Source of the DNA: a virus
Taxonomy: Duplodnaviria > Caudoviricetes
DNA: 64,000 bases
Virus record (IMG/VR): IMGVR_UViG_3300028591_000081
Location: 64,001-128,000 of that record
Strand: one strand, 5' to 3'
The notes below the pieces were generated by a model. That model saw only the letters and a list, made by a program, of their open reading frames with translations, did not search any database and had not been told where the DNA came from. Every line of letters starts with the position of its first letter. Positions within the stretch are counted from its first letter, which is position 1. A program made the translations under genes and the position numbers. Of the stretch, positions 63,602-64,000 are shown piece by piece.

Positions 63602-64000
63602 ATGTTACAAAGGGATCCGAAATCTATTCTCATTGCAGTGGAAGGTATCGACGGCACAGGCAAGAGCAGTGCCGTCCCAGTTATTGAAGAGGTGTGCCAG
63701 CGGTGCGGTTACGACACTATCACTACCCGGGAACCTTACACACAGGAAGTTATTGACCTCGTTCATTCCTCTCAAAAAGGGAATCTTTGCGAGGCTATGA
63801 TACGTGACCGTGTCCAGCATTTGAACGATGTCATCCTTCCACACCTCAGCAAAAGCAAGTCGGCGGTCATCACAGATCGATACTTGTACTCCAATGTTGC
63901 GTACAATGCTGACGAAGTACCTCCAGAAAAGATACTTGAAGAACATAAGGAGAGAGAGATTCCTGATGCCGACATTCTTGTGTTGTTGGACATGCCCGTT
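63602..64000 (+). CDS. tmk: thymidylate kinase, 3'-truncated by the window edge (not in ORF track)
   Basis: Translated by hand: IAVEGIDGTGKS, TREP, VITDRYLYSNVAY; AAGGAG RBS. Confidence 0.88.
   Translation, partial: MLQRDPKSILIAVEGIDGTGKSSAVPVIEEVCQRCGYDTITTREPYTQEVIDLVHSSQKGNLCEAMIRDRVQHLNDVILPHLSKSKSAVITDRYLYSNVAYNADEVPPEKILEEHKEREIPDADILVLLDMPV

Noticed and set aside
1-64000. Stop-codon reassignment as in some large phages
   Set aside because: Conserved genes are full length in code 11, and TAA, TAG and TGA all end genes next to the following RBS.
1-64000. tRNA, rRNA, cas operon, reverse transcriptase (DGR/retron) or transposase
   Set aside because: None recognised by eye. A tRNAscan/Infernal/HMM run is needed to exclude divergent cases.

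Overview
This window is best read as 64 kb of a large (jumbo-type) tailed dsDNA phage genome, probably a myovirus of a Gram-negative host because it carries an Rz/Rz1-type spanin pair. It uses the standard genetic code. All product calls come from motif recognition by eye; no database searches were run. T4-like morphogenesis genes (portal, baseplate hub and chaperone, neck and tail-completion candidates, a large minus-strand structural block) are interleaved with replication and nucleotide genes (family A DNA polymerase with three inteins, DnaB-like and SNF2 helicases, stand-alone 5'-3' exonuclease, primase-type Zn finger, thymidine and thymidylate kinases, frameshifted RNA ligase). It also has two Dam-like methylases, host-like HU and IF-1, scattered lysis genes and many small hypotheticals. 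The most distinctive signals are outside the ORF track. (1) Twelve copies of a bipartite promoter, YRTGGTGCTR-N26/27-extended -10, lie ahead of replication and accessory genes. (2) A second motif, TATCNAA, lies ahead of virion and lysis genes. (3) A four-repeat array resembling type I-E CRISPR repeats has no cas genes in the window, and its last repeat supplies the ribosome-binding site of the exonuclease gene. (4) Several unrelated late proteins share an Arg-rich N-terminal leader ending near R-x-E. No tRNA, rRNA, cas operon or complete integrase was recognised.
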